From Zygnema circumcarinatum SAG 698-1b (Eukaryota > Plantae > Zygnematophyceae), in contig CM074807.1 in assembly GCA_037447605.1 (NCBI GenBank), forward strand, positions 310,001 through 374,000: 64,000 nt of DNA. Direction: 5' to 3'. Positions 25,401 through 37,878 of the stretch are shown piece by piece (positions within the stretch are counted from its first letter, which is position 1; each line of letters begins with the position of its first letter). The position numbers and the translations under genes were made by a program. The notes under the pieces are model-generated. The model saw only the letters and a list, made by a program, of their open reading frames with translations, did not search any database and had not been told where the DNA came from.

Positions 25401-25786
25401 AATGCAGACTTCAATCCTACACTAACACCTGCTCTTCATTTGCAAAGGAATTGTTTACCAGGTTTGTACCACATTCATTGTGGAACAAAAAAATTGCGTC
25501 AAGAACAACCATGATGAAGGAGTATCACTTTGGTCATCATTCTTATATACAATGTTCCAGCTGTCCCTCGCAAAGTGACAACATTAGGAAGGCCTCAAAA
25601 GCACAATCCATTTCGATGAACATAACCACACACATTTCGACATCTTACTTTGATAAGAGAGCTCCTCTGCTTTCCTCCTCTGCTCCCAATATCTGCAGTC
25701 ATACTGATGACTACTTTCCTCCTCCTTGCGTCTGGAAGACGATAAAGGAAACAACAAGGGGAAGCAGCGAGGCGGACTGCAGCCAT
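22402..25786 (-). CDS. CRR1: Dihydrodipicolinate-reductase-like chloroplast NDH assembly factor CRR1 (DAPB3)
   Basis: Exons 25786-25649, 25224-25096, 24876-24802, 24507-24442, 24256-24161, 24016-23900, 23657-23550, 23287-23189, 22772-22686, 22434-22402. The sequence tracks Arabidopsis CRR1 as I recall it: VVVNGA..ELGRAA..AV..ARGMEVAGAVD, EEPLELPV..DL.MVLAS, GCVIAPTLSIG..LLQQA...AAFHY, LGRIYN, RHDVEDV.ALMPGLLLAIR...LVYGLEKLL*. Confidence 0.88.
22925..23022. repeat. Perfect 49-bp tandem duplication in a CRR1 intron
   Basis: aacagatcaacaaatgacttttgctccaaacaaccaaaaagcccatcct occurs at 22925-22973 and 22974-23022. Confidence 0.9.
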
Positions 25787-26216
25787 TGCAAGCACTATGT
25801 TAATTAGCTACTCGTATCTTAAAAATCAAAAGCACAAAGGACAGAGCCAAAATAGCTGCCCCTCTTCACGGATGGCGCCTCCACGTTCCAAACAGTTGGT
25901 TCACTTTCAGTAAATTATCGAACGGTAGACTTTAAAGAAGGCGAACTAGCGAAGCTTCAAAGCTCACAGTTTTAAGCAAACCTTTGGCGTTATCATAATC
26001 TTGAAGGCACGAATGCCACAGCTTTGTGGAGCATACTGATGGATGCATGCGTCTCAATGGCGCCTTTTTGCGGCTGAAACTGCTTAGGAACTGTCGCATG
26101 CTGTGAAGAAGACCTCAGAATTACTCGCCTGCAATCCACCTTGCAATTAGGGTATTGTGATTGAGCAAATTGGGGTTGCTGGAGCTGACATAACGCCGAT
26201 TGAAGAGCTGTTAGCC

Positions 26217-28101
26217 ATGTTTTTCCACAAGCACGTGGAGAAGAAACTCCAGCTGCATCCAAGATATTTCGGACCCCACCTAAGAGAGACACTCGTAAAG
26301 AAATTGATCAGTGAAGTGGAGGGAACTTGCACGTAAGCGGATCCTGGCTCCTTTTAATGATGTTGAATGCTGTGTTTCTGTTGCATTTTCTTATTTTTTA
26401 AGAAATTGGACTCACATGTCATTCTACTGCTGTGCTAGGTTTCGCTTGCTTCCCCCAGTGGTCGCCATGGCTTCGTGGTGGCCGTCACTGGTGTGGAGGA
26501 CATAGGCACAGGCATGATTCGCGATGGAACTGGTTATGTCAGCTTTCCAGTGAAGTACACATGTGTCGTATTCAGACCTTTTAAAGGAGAGATTTTGGAA
26601 GCTGTTGTATCCATGGTCAACAAGGTGAACTGTCTCTCTCTCTCTATTATTCGAAATAGGCTGACAGGCCCTTACCCTGCCCCTTTTGAAAGGCAGGCCT
26701 CTCATAATCAAAACTGGAGTCTAAATCCCCCTCCTTACGACAGCAGAATCGCCAAGTCAACTAAGAAAATTGAACGCAAGACAGAGCAGAGGGAGAGGAG
26801 CAGAGGGTGGTAGCGCTTGGGCGATGTGAAGCACGTCATCTTGAACCAAATGCAAGGGGGTGCTGCACCGTTGGGAAGCCTTAGCTCTTGAGTGTTGTGA
26901 TTCCTTTAATGCCCGGATGAACTTATAGGGTACTCTTGCTGTCTTTAGATGGGTTTTTTCGCAGATGCAGGCCCAGTGCAGATTTTTGTTTCAAACCATG
27001 TAAGTGGCCGAGGTCCTAATCCAAGTGCTTTCAAGGCTTTAATGAATGTGCTTTTTGTTATCATAAAATCGAATCACCAACCTTTGCCTTGGCTACGTGT
27101 TAAATGGCGAGGCTTAATTATTTCAGCAAGTGGCTGACAGAACAATCACTGGTTCCTTGGCATATCCGACTCTATCTTTTGTTTAAAGGGACTCATTTCT
27201 GAAAGTCTTATCTAGAAACAGTTTGGAGTACATGGATTCCCATCATTTGAAGGACTTTCTAATTATTCCTTTGGCTTTTTCTGGAGGACAGCTCATCCCA
27301 GAGGATATGAAATTTGTTGCAGGCGAACCAAACTGCTATCAGACAGAAGACGGCATGGTAAACACTGAGCCCTCTACCGTCCTTCCTTCCTCTCCTTCCC
27401 CTCCCTCCCTTACCCACTCCCCCTCCCCCTCCCCCTCCCTCCCCCCCACCTCGCCCCTTTCCTCCTTTCTTCCTCTCTCTCCCTCTGTCTCCCTCTCCGC
27501 CTTTCTCTCCCATTCATTTTCTCTCCCTTCCCCTCCCCTTCCCTCACTCCCCACTCCCCCCTCTCTCTATCTTTCTCTTCCTCCTTTCCGCCATCTTGAA
27601 CTCAAGCCGCGTCCGAAAATTAAGGGTGGGGCAGTGAAAGTTGTTTTTAATCTTCGAGTAAAATGCGCATCTCATTGTGTGGGCTTTTTCTACCGCAGGT
27701 TACAATTCAGAAGGAGACTGAAGTGAGGTTAAAGATTGTCGGTACCCGAGTGGATGCGACTGAGATTGTAAGCTGTTTGCCTTTCAATCGTTGTTGAAGG
27801 GAGTGTGAGGCAAAAAACAGTGAGAAACAATCTGAATCCTCCACTGAAAGCAGTTCGACTGTTGGAATCTTCTGCATGACTACTGAATGGTAGCTGTGCT
27901 TGACCTGTTCCATGGCTCCCTGCTTCAGCTCTTTCTAACTTTACTGGGCAGGAACTGAGTACATGGAGCAAAGAAGGATTAACGTATCTATTGCAATCCA
28001 GCATGCTGAATTGCCCTTTTCTCGACATTTTGCAGTTTTGCATAGGGACAATCAAAGATGACTTCTTGGGGCTTATCGGGGAGGGAGGGCCTCCCATCTA
28101 A
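26217..28101 (+). CDS. NRPB7: DNA-directed RNA polymerase II subunit RPB7
   Basis: Exons 26217-26332, 26459-26624, 26949-26999, 27292-27357, 27699-27767, 28036-28101. Translation: [20 protein letters not shown]...[16 protein letters not shown]...[39 protein letters not shown]...[30 protein letters not shown]. Confidence 0.97.
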
Positions 28102-28891
28102 AGACTGGACCTCACACTTTTCCTTACAAGTCTTCCATGTCACGAGAAGATGGATGAAAATTGGCAGATAAAGCTCCCACTCGCTCATGTGAACGCTCTC
28201 AGTTATGTTTACAGCCCACCAATCAGGGATGGGAGAGCCTTCAGAGTATAGGCCATACCACCTCCTTGCTTACAAGGTCGCATTCCATAGGAATAGATGT
28301 TAGTGAGTCTCTGCCTATTAAGGTGTCCCCTCTTGAAGGTTTGTTCTCTTCAAAGGGCGTGCGAATGGAGGAGCATTTGAAGGAGGCTCCAGAGAATAAG
28401 TTAGAAGCAAGTTCTGCAGTTGGGACAAAGTATGGACTGTTTGGAGTAGGCCAAAGGCGCCATGGGAAGGAGGTTGGAAGTGAATCATGAACTTGGTTCA
28501 CATGCATGCATGCTTTGGATGGCACAGTTGCACATGTGGTTTGCTAGGGCTCAGTAATTGTGTATTGTTGGGCGTTCCGTTGGTCCCATTGTGGGGCTTG
28601 TAAGCCATGTCGTAAGCCGCTGCTCTGTTCCAATAGAACATGAAACCAAACGTGGACTCGACTTTGAATCAACAAACAGTTTCAGCAGTAACGATGCCAA
28701 ACTAACTTTATATCATACTTTATGAACTGAAAATGGAAAGGGTTTTGCTGACATTGAGATGAAAAACAAACAACGTGATGATGAAAGATGGGATTCTCCA
28801 ACAAGAACATGTCGACCACCTCTGGTTTTTATGTGACGTTTTTGTGAAACGCCAGAAAGCTACATGTAGCCAGTTCTAGGGTTTTTTTCAT

Positions 28892-29219
28892 GGAAGGGGC
28901 TCTTAACTGACCACGCTGGGCAGTGCTGGAACGCGAGCTGAAACTGAACTAACTGGAATGGAACTGGAACTGAATCGACTTGAACTTTAACTGCGCTGGA
29001 ACTGGACTGGAACTGAACTGTATCAAAATTAGAACTAAATTTAACTATTTTTGGCGCTGTATTTTAACTGAGCTAGAACTGGACTGTAACTGGACGTTAT
29101 TGACCTTTCACTGGAACTAAACCGGCCACAGGAGCAGAAATTGAATGTGAACGGGATTTGGAACTGTAACGGAGGGTTTTAGAGCATAATTTTGGCATGC
29201 TGACAGGGAAGGGGCTCTT
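28892..29219. repeat. ~300-bp degenerate (G)AACTG satellite-like insert bounded by a 13-bp direct repeat
   Basis: ggaaggggctctt at 28892-28904 and 29207-29219. The interior is rich in gaactg/aactgg/gaactgg variants. Confidence 0.7.
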
Positions 29220-29578
29220 CAGCCTCCATAGGTGCTTAGGGCTTGAGCTCTATTAGCAAGCAGAGGCATGTGCTAAGGAGGGGAGGGAGGGAGACAGAGA
29301 GAGAAAGAAAAAGAGAGAGAGAGGGCAGGAGGGCGGAAGAAAGGGAAGCTGAAGGTCCGAGTGATTGCTGTTGCTGCACGAATAATTGGCAGCCGTTTTT
29401 GAATCCAGCTTGCCGGATTTTGTGCCGCTTACCAGAGGTTTTTTTTTTCGTCGTTGTGACTCGATGTGGGCCTTCACGAAGTGATTTTAGGGTTAGGAAT
29501 AAGGAAGATAAAAGAAGAGAGTGTGTGCTGGAAAGCGAGAGGATCATCTGAAGAATCTGAATCTGAATCTTTGTCAGT

Positions 29579-32500
29579 ATGGGGCAGAGTGTGAGCCATG
29601 CGGCTGCTGCTCCTCCCCCTCCTCCTCCTCCTCCCCCTCCTCAGCCTCCACATGCAGGCGGCACTTCGCCGATCATGGAGCCGCTTAGTCCAGCAAAAGA
29701 CGAAGGCGAAAAGGAAGAAAAAATTGACTATTTGAATCTTCCCTGTCCCATCAAGTATGAAGAAATTCAGCGCGAAGCTTTGAGTGAGTTCATATCTTTC
29801 CTGCAATCTCAAAGAAATGAAGTGACGACGCCTGTTTGTCAAGAACGTGGTTCTGTTTAACCTGTTATGACTCTCTTGTTTGCTCACCTTTTAGTTGAAT
29901 TCCACATCATTGGATGCCCTTTGCAGTACTTGAATAAATGCTTGCACGAATTTACTGTCCTTCAAATCACACGAGGAATTGTTCAATGCAGTTCTGTATC
30001 CTTATCCCCGTTTTTTTTTCTCCTTCTAAACGATCAGAAAGAAGGAGCTGATACCACTCTCGTCTTTATTGCTGTGTGGGAAGACTTGGTTTAGTTTTAG
30101 TTCATTAGTGTTGGCAGTATATAAACTGTGTGGACACTGTGTTGAGGTTGGGCTCAGTGGCGTTGAAGCCGGACCTTTTTGAAGGCCTGAGATTCGATTT
30201 CAACAAGCCCCTGAATCAGCATTTTTCAATAACCCACAGGTCTGCATCTAACTCGGTTGAACACTTTGCTTGCGACGGTTCCCTTAAGTTCTTCGTTCTC
30301 ATTCTTTTTCAAAGAGTGTTAACGCCATAAAAAAAATCCACAAAAGACGATATACTTTGAGACTTGAAAGCTTGTTGCTTCTACTGTTGTTCGCTGTTAC
30401 GTATTTTTGTTCATGCTTTGTTGCAGACGGGGCTTTTGCTTAATAGTTTTGTTTGTTTTTTGTAGGCTTACAAGCTTTTGGAAGGTGATTTTTATCTAGA
30501 TCGTAGCTTCAAGAGTCTCATTGGTTCCGTTAGGGTCGTTGTTGCAGTCTCTTCATGGGAACTGTGGAGGTTCCTTCACAATCTCCGCAAGTTTTGAAGA
30601 TTCCAAGTGCATCATACGAGTTCGGCGCAAATGTGCTTGACCCAAAGGTTACTGCTGCCTCTTCTGACCTCATTTTTTATGGTACTTCTTTGGACGGTGC
30701 CGTTTAAATCAATACATATTTTGAGCTGCCAGAGAGATGACTATTGTTTTCTCCAACTTCCTCCAACTGAAGGTTTTCCTTTTAATTGGCTGCAGATGAT
30801 GATGGTTGGCCGTGTTATGACCGACGGGAGAATGACTGCAAGAGTGAACTATCAGATGAGCGACAGCTTTGCTGTGAAGGTTCACGCACAGGTGCATTAC
30901 TTCCCAACATGTAGAGCCCTTTTATGAACTTTCATATGCAAAGTTCTACCGCTGTCGATGTGTTTATCGAAGTTGTTCGGTAGAACTATCTGAACACTTG
31001 AAAGGGTCACCTCAGGATTTTTTATGTTCGTCTTAAAATCGCTGGCGTACCCAGAAGCAGCTGACGCTTTCAATCAAGCATCTTGCGGTTATTGTTTTAC
31101 AGGTTTTAGTCTTTATGAGTTTAGATTCATTAGAAATGGTTCCCTCCCTTTTTTTCTTTTCACGAGCAAGCAAAGTAAAACGCTTTTCTGATTACCTTGA
31201 TTCCGTTTGACACTCTGCATCGGCTTATTTGCTTCTTGTTTCAGCTCACAAACGAGCCACATTTCTCTCAAGGCATGCTTCACCTTGACTATAAGGTGAG
31301 TGGACTTGACATGAATAGAGGATGACTTTGCTTGTCCATTAGCAAAGAAATGAAAAGAGTTTAATTTTCATCCGGATTACGCGCATGTTCTTTTCTGTCT
31401 TTACTAATGTATCCTGATTTTTCTCAAGATAGGTAGCCTGTAGACAATCGGATCATTTTCCGAGTTTGAAGTTCAGTGTGTTGTTTGAGCCCTTCAGGGT
31501 ATCATGTGGAAGGCAGTCCTTTGACATTGCCGCTTCTGCTGCTACTTTGCAGGGCCACGACTACCAAACGCAGGTTCAACTGGGTAACAATGCATTTTAC
31601 GGCTTCAATTACATTCAGGTGAAATCAGTCATTCTTTCCGTTATCCTTTTCTATTCCTTGTTAGATGTAGTCCACTTGCGGAGAAGAGGCCCGTGTGTCA
31701 TTTAGGCTAGTAATTAGGGCCTTTCGTATGTACGCTTTTGGACATAAACCATCGCGCAACATGTTGAATGCGTTCCACTCATTCTTGTGTTCAGACAATA
31801 ACCCGAGCATGATTTGATTCTTCATTCTTATTATGATTTGAATGCAGAGTGTGACCCCCAAATTGTCCTTGGGAGGTGAAGTCTTTTGGCTCGGCCATCA
31901 AAGACGGTCGGGGATTGGCCTCGCAGCGCGTTACAACTCTGAAAAAGCGGTACGGCTTTTAGGGTTTTTACTTCATATACCTCTACAGCTTTTTCCCAGC
32001 TTTGAGAGAATGGCTTTTTAATGCTCCAAGTGACTTCCTAGCTGTGAAGTCCCACCCTCCTTCCCCCCCCCCCCACACTCGCATTTTCTTCCGTTCATCA
32101 TTTGCATTATTTGCCCCTCCCGTGTCCTTTCACTTTCATTTTCTTTCCCTCTCCTTCTCTCCCCTCCACTTGTCCACCCCTTCTCTCCCCTTAGTCCGCC
32201 CATTTCTCTACATTCCTATTTTCTTTTCTCCTTCTGCTCCCTTTGCCTCTCCTCGTCTCTCCTTTCTCGTTAAGGAATATCAGTACATTTATGTATTTTC
32301 CTTCCTTACAATACAAATATTCTGTCATGCAGATTGCAACAGCACAACTGGCGAGTACGGGGATGGTGTCCTTGACCTATGTCCAACGAGTATCTGACAA
32401 GGTAAGCACTGCATCTCTATTCATACGTTTGTGTTGGTTTTTGCGTTCTTGCTTGTTTATGCTTAGAGGTTTCATATGTTCGGTTCTGTATTCTTGCACG

Positions 32501-33267
32501 AGTCTCCTTCCAGTAATGGCAGTATGTATGAGTCTGTCTTCCTCAACAAACTATAGGAGCAGTTCTGTTACAGGTGCTCATGTGTATGGTGATGCTCCTT
32601 CAGGTGGCATTGGCTTCAGACTTCATGTATAACTACAACAGCAGGGAGGCCACAACAAGTGTAGGTTACGATTATATTTTGCGTCAGGTAAGGACCATCC
32701 ATTCATTCCTCTCCATTGAACCTCCTCTTTGAAACCGAACAAAACGCTTATGTGAAGTTGAAGTCCGCGCACGAGTCTTGAAATAGATTTGAACGGATGA
32801 TGTTCATGATAAAGCTCTTATAAGAGTCTTAGCGAGGGTTTTTCTTTCCAGCGGTTTTGAATGAACAAGAATCTCACGCCAGTTTGACTGCCCGAAAGCT
32901 CAATCTGAGCTTTTTTCCTTGTTTTCCACCTTAGAGTAATGCAAAGATTTCCCTGTACGATTGACCTGCAGAGCCGTTTGAGAGGACGGATAGACACCAA
33001 TGGAGTGGTGGCGGCCTACTTGGAGGAGCGGCTCAATATGGGAGTGAACCTCATTTTCTCTGCAGAGGTCAGTTCTATCACAGAAGGGCCTCTTCTGTAA
33101 TCTCCTTGCTTAAATAAACCATTACCTAGAGAACTTAGTGTGGTTTCTAGTTTCTGGTTTATTTTGAATGGGCATGGATGCATGACCTCATCCTTCGTTC
33201 TGTTGTGCAGGTGGACCACTGGAAAAAGGACTACAAGTTCGGTTTTGGCATGACAGTGGGCGAGTGA
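29579..33267 (+). CDS. TOM40: Mitochondrial import receptor subunit TOM40
   Basis: Exons 29579-29783, 30158-30239, 30548-30647, 30796-30891, 31245-31295, 31553-31618, 31848-31949, 32333-32401, 32604-32687, 32972-33067, 33211-33267. Plant TOM40 motifs: [71 protein letters not shown]. Confidence 0.97.
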
Positions 33268-34158
33268 GGAGGCACGAAAGCACTGCCGGCTTTGGGCAAG
33301 GAGGCGGCTTTAGGGCAATAGAGGGGGGCAGTGAAGTATTGTAGGACACATTTTTGAGATATTGTGGCCGGGAGTAGTAGTGAATGGAAGGGAAGGAAAG
33401 GGAAGGGAAGGGACGAGATTTTACCACCTTATTCTAAACACTTCGTTTCTGTTCTCAGAGCGTAGAAGGCTTGTAGAGAGACGCGTGTCTCGACCCCTAT
33501 TTGCTGGCCATGGGTCGGATCGATCTCGTACGGAACCCCACCATGCTCAGGAGTGAGGCTCGAAGTGACGATGGCTGCTTTCTTCAATACCCACTTCTTC
33601 TTTTTTAAGATGCTTTGTCATCTCTATTTATGGGATGATGTCGTGGGCTGTTCTATGGTACCCCTTGTGGCCCTTCATGGGCATGGCATGGCATGGCATG
33701 GTATGGTCACTATGGCGCAATGAGGATTGAGCCTCGATACGATAAGGTGAACGATGCGATACGATATATCGTTTGATGAGAATGTACGGGTGAACGGGGT
33801 CAAATCCAATCGATACGATACGATGTTTTATATATTGTCGGATATTCGTACGATGCGATATATCTCGAGTACCTTCGATATCATACGGAGCAACGGCTCT
33901 TATTCTAACGGCTCCTTGAAGCGGCGCAGGAGGCGAGGGCGGAGGAGGAGGCGGAGTGAGGGAGGGAGGCCGCAGCATCGCACGTGTCAAAATGTGAGGA
34001 GCAACGGTACAGTCAGGTCCTTGTGGTAGGAGGTAGATGGAGGGGGGAGAGAGAGGAAACATATAGGGGGGCAGAGGGAGAGCGAGGGAGAGAGGAAGAG
34101 GACTTTTGTGGGAGGGAGGGTTTTTTTCCTGGGGAGAAAGTGCATAGCATCTCCAAAT

Positions 34159-35165
34159 ATGGCGGTAAGTGGGGTAGAGGGGGACTGCAAGTGGGAATGG
34201 GAGGGAGAGGGGACGGATTGTATGAAGGAAAGGAAATTGGGAGAGGACGGAGAGAGTTTGGAGGAAGAGAGAAAGTAGGAAAGAGAGAGAGAGGGAGAGA
34301 GAAAGAGGGAAGGAAATGAGCTTACCTTATTCTATCAACGAAATACCTACTTCCTTAGCGTTCTCAGCGTGCAACTCCTCTATTTTGATACAAGATCTTT
34401 TACTATTGCAACCTTACCACCCTCATGTCCCCTTAATTCCTATAACATTTTTTTTGAAAACTCTATTTTTTTTTCCATTTTGGGGTGCTGCAGGTGGTCT
34501 TCTGTCCTTCCCCCAATTGGCGACAACTCAGATTTAGACTCCTCCTTATTGTGGTTCTATGTGCTGCCGTTCCGTCCAACGGAAAACGGAACAAAATCGA
34601 CCTCCCTGAAATCACCCCTTTCCAAGCCGCCATCTTGGGGGACCTCCCCACGTGCTGCCCTGACAGCCCTCTCCGCTACTGCGACTTTTACTTTGATGGC
34701 TTTGAGCACGTCCTCCCTCTCTTTCATGTTAATGATTCCTTAGAGTACGACCACGCTCTCACCACCGTAGACGCCAAGAAGCTCCATTGGAAGGGAACCC
34801 TGGGAGCGTTCAGCCCCTCCGTAATAGACAGCAAGTCTAAGCAGATGGTGACGGTTGGCTCAAATTCTCTGAACGGAACTTTTCTTGAATGCCCCCCTCT
34901 ACCTCCGGAAGTTAATGCTCATGGACAGTTTTATATTACTGAGACTGACTCGTTCGGGAAGGGAGCGAAGCTTTTTGCAAGGTCCTTTCACAGAGAACAT
35001 GATGGGCTTCCTGGAATGGAGTTTTATGAAGGCAGGTGCATACTTCTTCCTCTTACAATGGTGGCTATTCCGGTGGAGGGCGGATTTAAGAACCTAAATT
35101 TGGGGGATCAGGATTCCGACTATCTTGAAAAGAGGCGCTGTGTTGTGTTTAAAACCGGCCCTTGA
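34159..35165 (+). CDS. Hypothetical secreted protein (~225 aa), no family recognised
   Basis: 6-nt first coding exon ATG GCG|gtaagt (34159-34164) splices in phase to a 672-nt exon 34494-35165 after ...gctgcag. The N-terminus MAVVFCPSPNWRQLRFRLLLIVVLCAAVPSNG resembles a signal peptide, and the mature part is a complex, Cys-containing sequence. Confidence 0.68.
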
Positions 35166-36126
35166 TTACGAGTGGTTTTGAACTGAGCTGGAAGTGGGGA
35201 GGGTTGAAAATTGCCTTTAAAGTCGTCTTTAAGGTTGGCAGGTTCGTTTGAACCTTCAGGGCTTCTACCGTTAGCAAGGCCCATGACTGCATGGGAGCTG
35301 TAGGGGTTAGGACGGCATGGCAAATAGGTGTTTGCTTTGTTATTGGATGGTGGATAGGATGAGAGCATGCATGCATGTATGTGAACATGCATGGATGTTT
35401 ACATCCTATTATCATGCATGATGTCTTGTCATGGTGTTGAACACAGATCATCGGTAGTTGCTATAAAGCAGAGGACGCAGTAGTGAAGCTACAACGTGCA
35501 GATGATGATGAGGTTAAGAAATTGTGGAGGGTATCTTAAGAGTTCAAATAGTACAATGCATGTGATCATGCAACAGACCTTTCCTTCCTTCGAAAGGAAA
35601 GAATAAGTAATTTATTAGAAAAATAGAGAGCACCTTGGAGCACTTATATTTCAATAAGGGCTTAAACATCTCTGTATTGTTGGCATCCTTATAGAAGATA
35701 TTGCACACTTTCCCTTCAAGAATTGTAAACTGCTATTTTTACATTTTTTGAAAGCCAAGAAAGCCCTAAAACGACCCTAAAACCCCTCTTGAATCAAAGG
35801 TTTTTGGTCGGTCGGTCGGTCAGTCTTTCTGTCAGATGGTTGTCTAAGTGCCTGTTTGTTACAAGGGGGAGAAGGGCAGTTCTGCTGGCACTGAAATATT
35901 GACCGATTTCTACATCTACCAATATACAAGATGATGAATAAATCGGCTAAGATCCCACCAGCCAGCACCAGCAATTATTTGCTCAGAACTAATATGACTG
36001 AAGATACTCGCATAGTTGAACTATAAGAAACGAGTTCCATAGCGGAGGTTTGACGAAGGGTTGAGAGGCAGCAGGTTGAGTACAGTAAGAGACGAAGTCG
36101 ATGCATAAAATATTGAAGGTCATTTT

Positions 36127-37555
36127 TCAGAGAGGAGGAGGATGAGGAGCAGGAGGGCGGGCGGCAAGACGAATGGAATCCAGCCAATGGAGAAGCTCCG
36201 AATTTGGATCATCTTCCAATTCTGCCCTTTGAATACAGAAAAAAAAAAGTCAATATCTTCATCAAACAATTTACAGTACCTCAGTCAGAAATTAGACTCA
36301 ATTAATCAAATCCCCCAAAACACAGCATGCAATGACAGACTTGATTTACTTTTCTGGTAGCAACAACCTCTGAATCGCTCGTCAACATTGCTGTATCTGA
36401 TATTGAAGAAATGAAAGCAGCAAAAGTGTGTCACATTCACAAGCTTCACCAACTCAATTCCAGCCACTTCCTGCACTTTTTCCTTCTTTAGAATTTATTA
36501 CATCTGCCCTCTCTCTTTGGCACAAATCAAGCAAGCACGAATTTTAGGGTTTCGGACGTACGAAGGGAGGCAACTGTGAGCTGGTTTTCATTCCGATAGA
36601 TAGAGGGGGCACCTTGAATGCGGATTAGGAAGCCCACTTTTACCTGTATTACGCAAAAAAGAAAGGAACGAAGGAAGCTGCTTCGGCCGACTACAAGTAT
36701 AAATCAGAACCTCACAAACAAGGCAACCTAAAAATTCGGCCCTTTTTCATGGCAGAAATAGCAGACAACTTAAAATAAGAGCTGAGAACTATTGCCTTAA
36801 TAGAGAAGCTTTCAGACGTTCTACATATTGTGCAGAAGCATCCTCCCTGGACGGAATAAGCAAAAAGCTTTGAAAGGGGATGGAGGAAAAAAGGGAACCT
36901 TCGCTTCACTTTCTCGGCGGAGGACCTGCTCAACAGCAGAATAGGAATGCCGCCAGAGAATGCATGGCAAGCAAGCAGTCCCATCGTCAACTGTCATAAA
37001 GAATAAAAAATAAAAATGGAGGAAAAGAGGGAGAGATCATTGCATAAGTATGGCCGAGAAACTGCAGGTGTGACGAAATAGGTCAATCGAGCACTTTAAG
37101 AGAGCTGCTGCAAGCGCTGCAAGCGCTAGAAATAGGAAATTGCAGGTCCTGCTTAAAGGCAAACGACGAGATAGAACGAACTCACCTAGAAAGCGAACAA
37201 ATTCCTCTTTCCGAAAGACATCGACTACAATTCCCATGACTTCCACTTGAGCAACAGGCCTCCCTCGCCATAGCATGGCACCTGCCCAGTGGAAGTCATA
37301 TTTGCACTCACTTTGATAATTCTATGGAATGTTTTGAGCTCTAACTTCCAATGGACACTCCTGCCAATGAAACTGTCGAAATCCTTCATTTTCTCTGCGC
37401 CATTTGAGAGATCGTGATGTACCGGGAATGTCGCATGCCGGTTCCATTGCGAGAACAAAAGCAGCTGCAACGGAAATACAAGATGTGAAGAGTGGCTCAA
37501 GGCCCCAAAGAAGAGTGGATGGAACCGCATCCCTTTCTCTTGCATGCAAATCCAT
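36127..37555 (-). CDS. STN1: CST complex subunit STN1 (single OB-fold form, 165 aa)
   Basis: Exons 37555-37423, 37281-37186, 36990-36899, 36643-36562, 36221-36127 (498 nt, phases consistent). Motifs: LLWGLEPLF, GRPVAQVEVMGIVV, FLVDDGTACLPCILW, VKVGFLIRIQG...YRNENQLTV, EDDPNSELLHWLDSIRL. These match STN1 signatures (GHPI.QVDV.G.V, VDD.TG...C..W, DPN.E.LHWL). Confidence 0.9.
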
Positions 37556-37878
37556 TCCTGCTGAAATAGCCCACCCCTCTCAAAGCAGAAGCAACATGAC
37601 TTCGGATTCGTCAAAATCGTGAATAACGCGAATGCTTTCCAGAGACGAGTTGATATGTAATACGAGGCTTTCACTCGTCACTTTGAAGACTCCGCATTCA
37701 AATCCTATCCCTCACTGTTCGGGTGAGATTCGAGCACACTCTTGATTGTCATTTGCATCTCCCTTCCGCTCAACTCTGCCGTTAAATCGCCTCCATATGC
37801 TTCCTTTTTTCCGCGAGTTTAGCTCGCACTCGTTTTTCCCCTCCCTCTTTCTCCGTCGTAAGCTGAGAGCTTCCCTAC
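37556..37878. promoter_or_regulatory. 323-bp shared bidirectional promoter/5'-UTR region of STN1 and TEN1
   Basis: Entire interval between the divergent ATGs (37555 on -, 37879 on +). Promoter function is inferred from position. Confidence 0.7.

Noticed and set aside
36780-36850. Possible extra STN1 exon (GGCFCTICRTSESFSIK) with a GC donor
   Set aside because: Direct splicing 36899 to 36643 gives an in-phase, STN1-like sequence, so the extra exon is unnecessary and unsupported.
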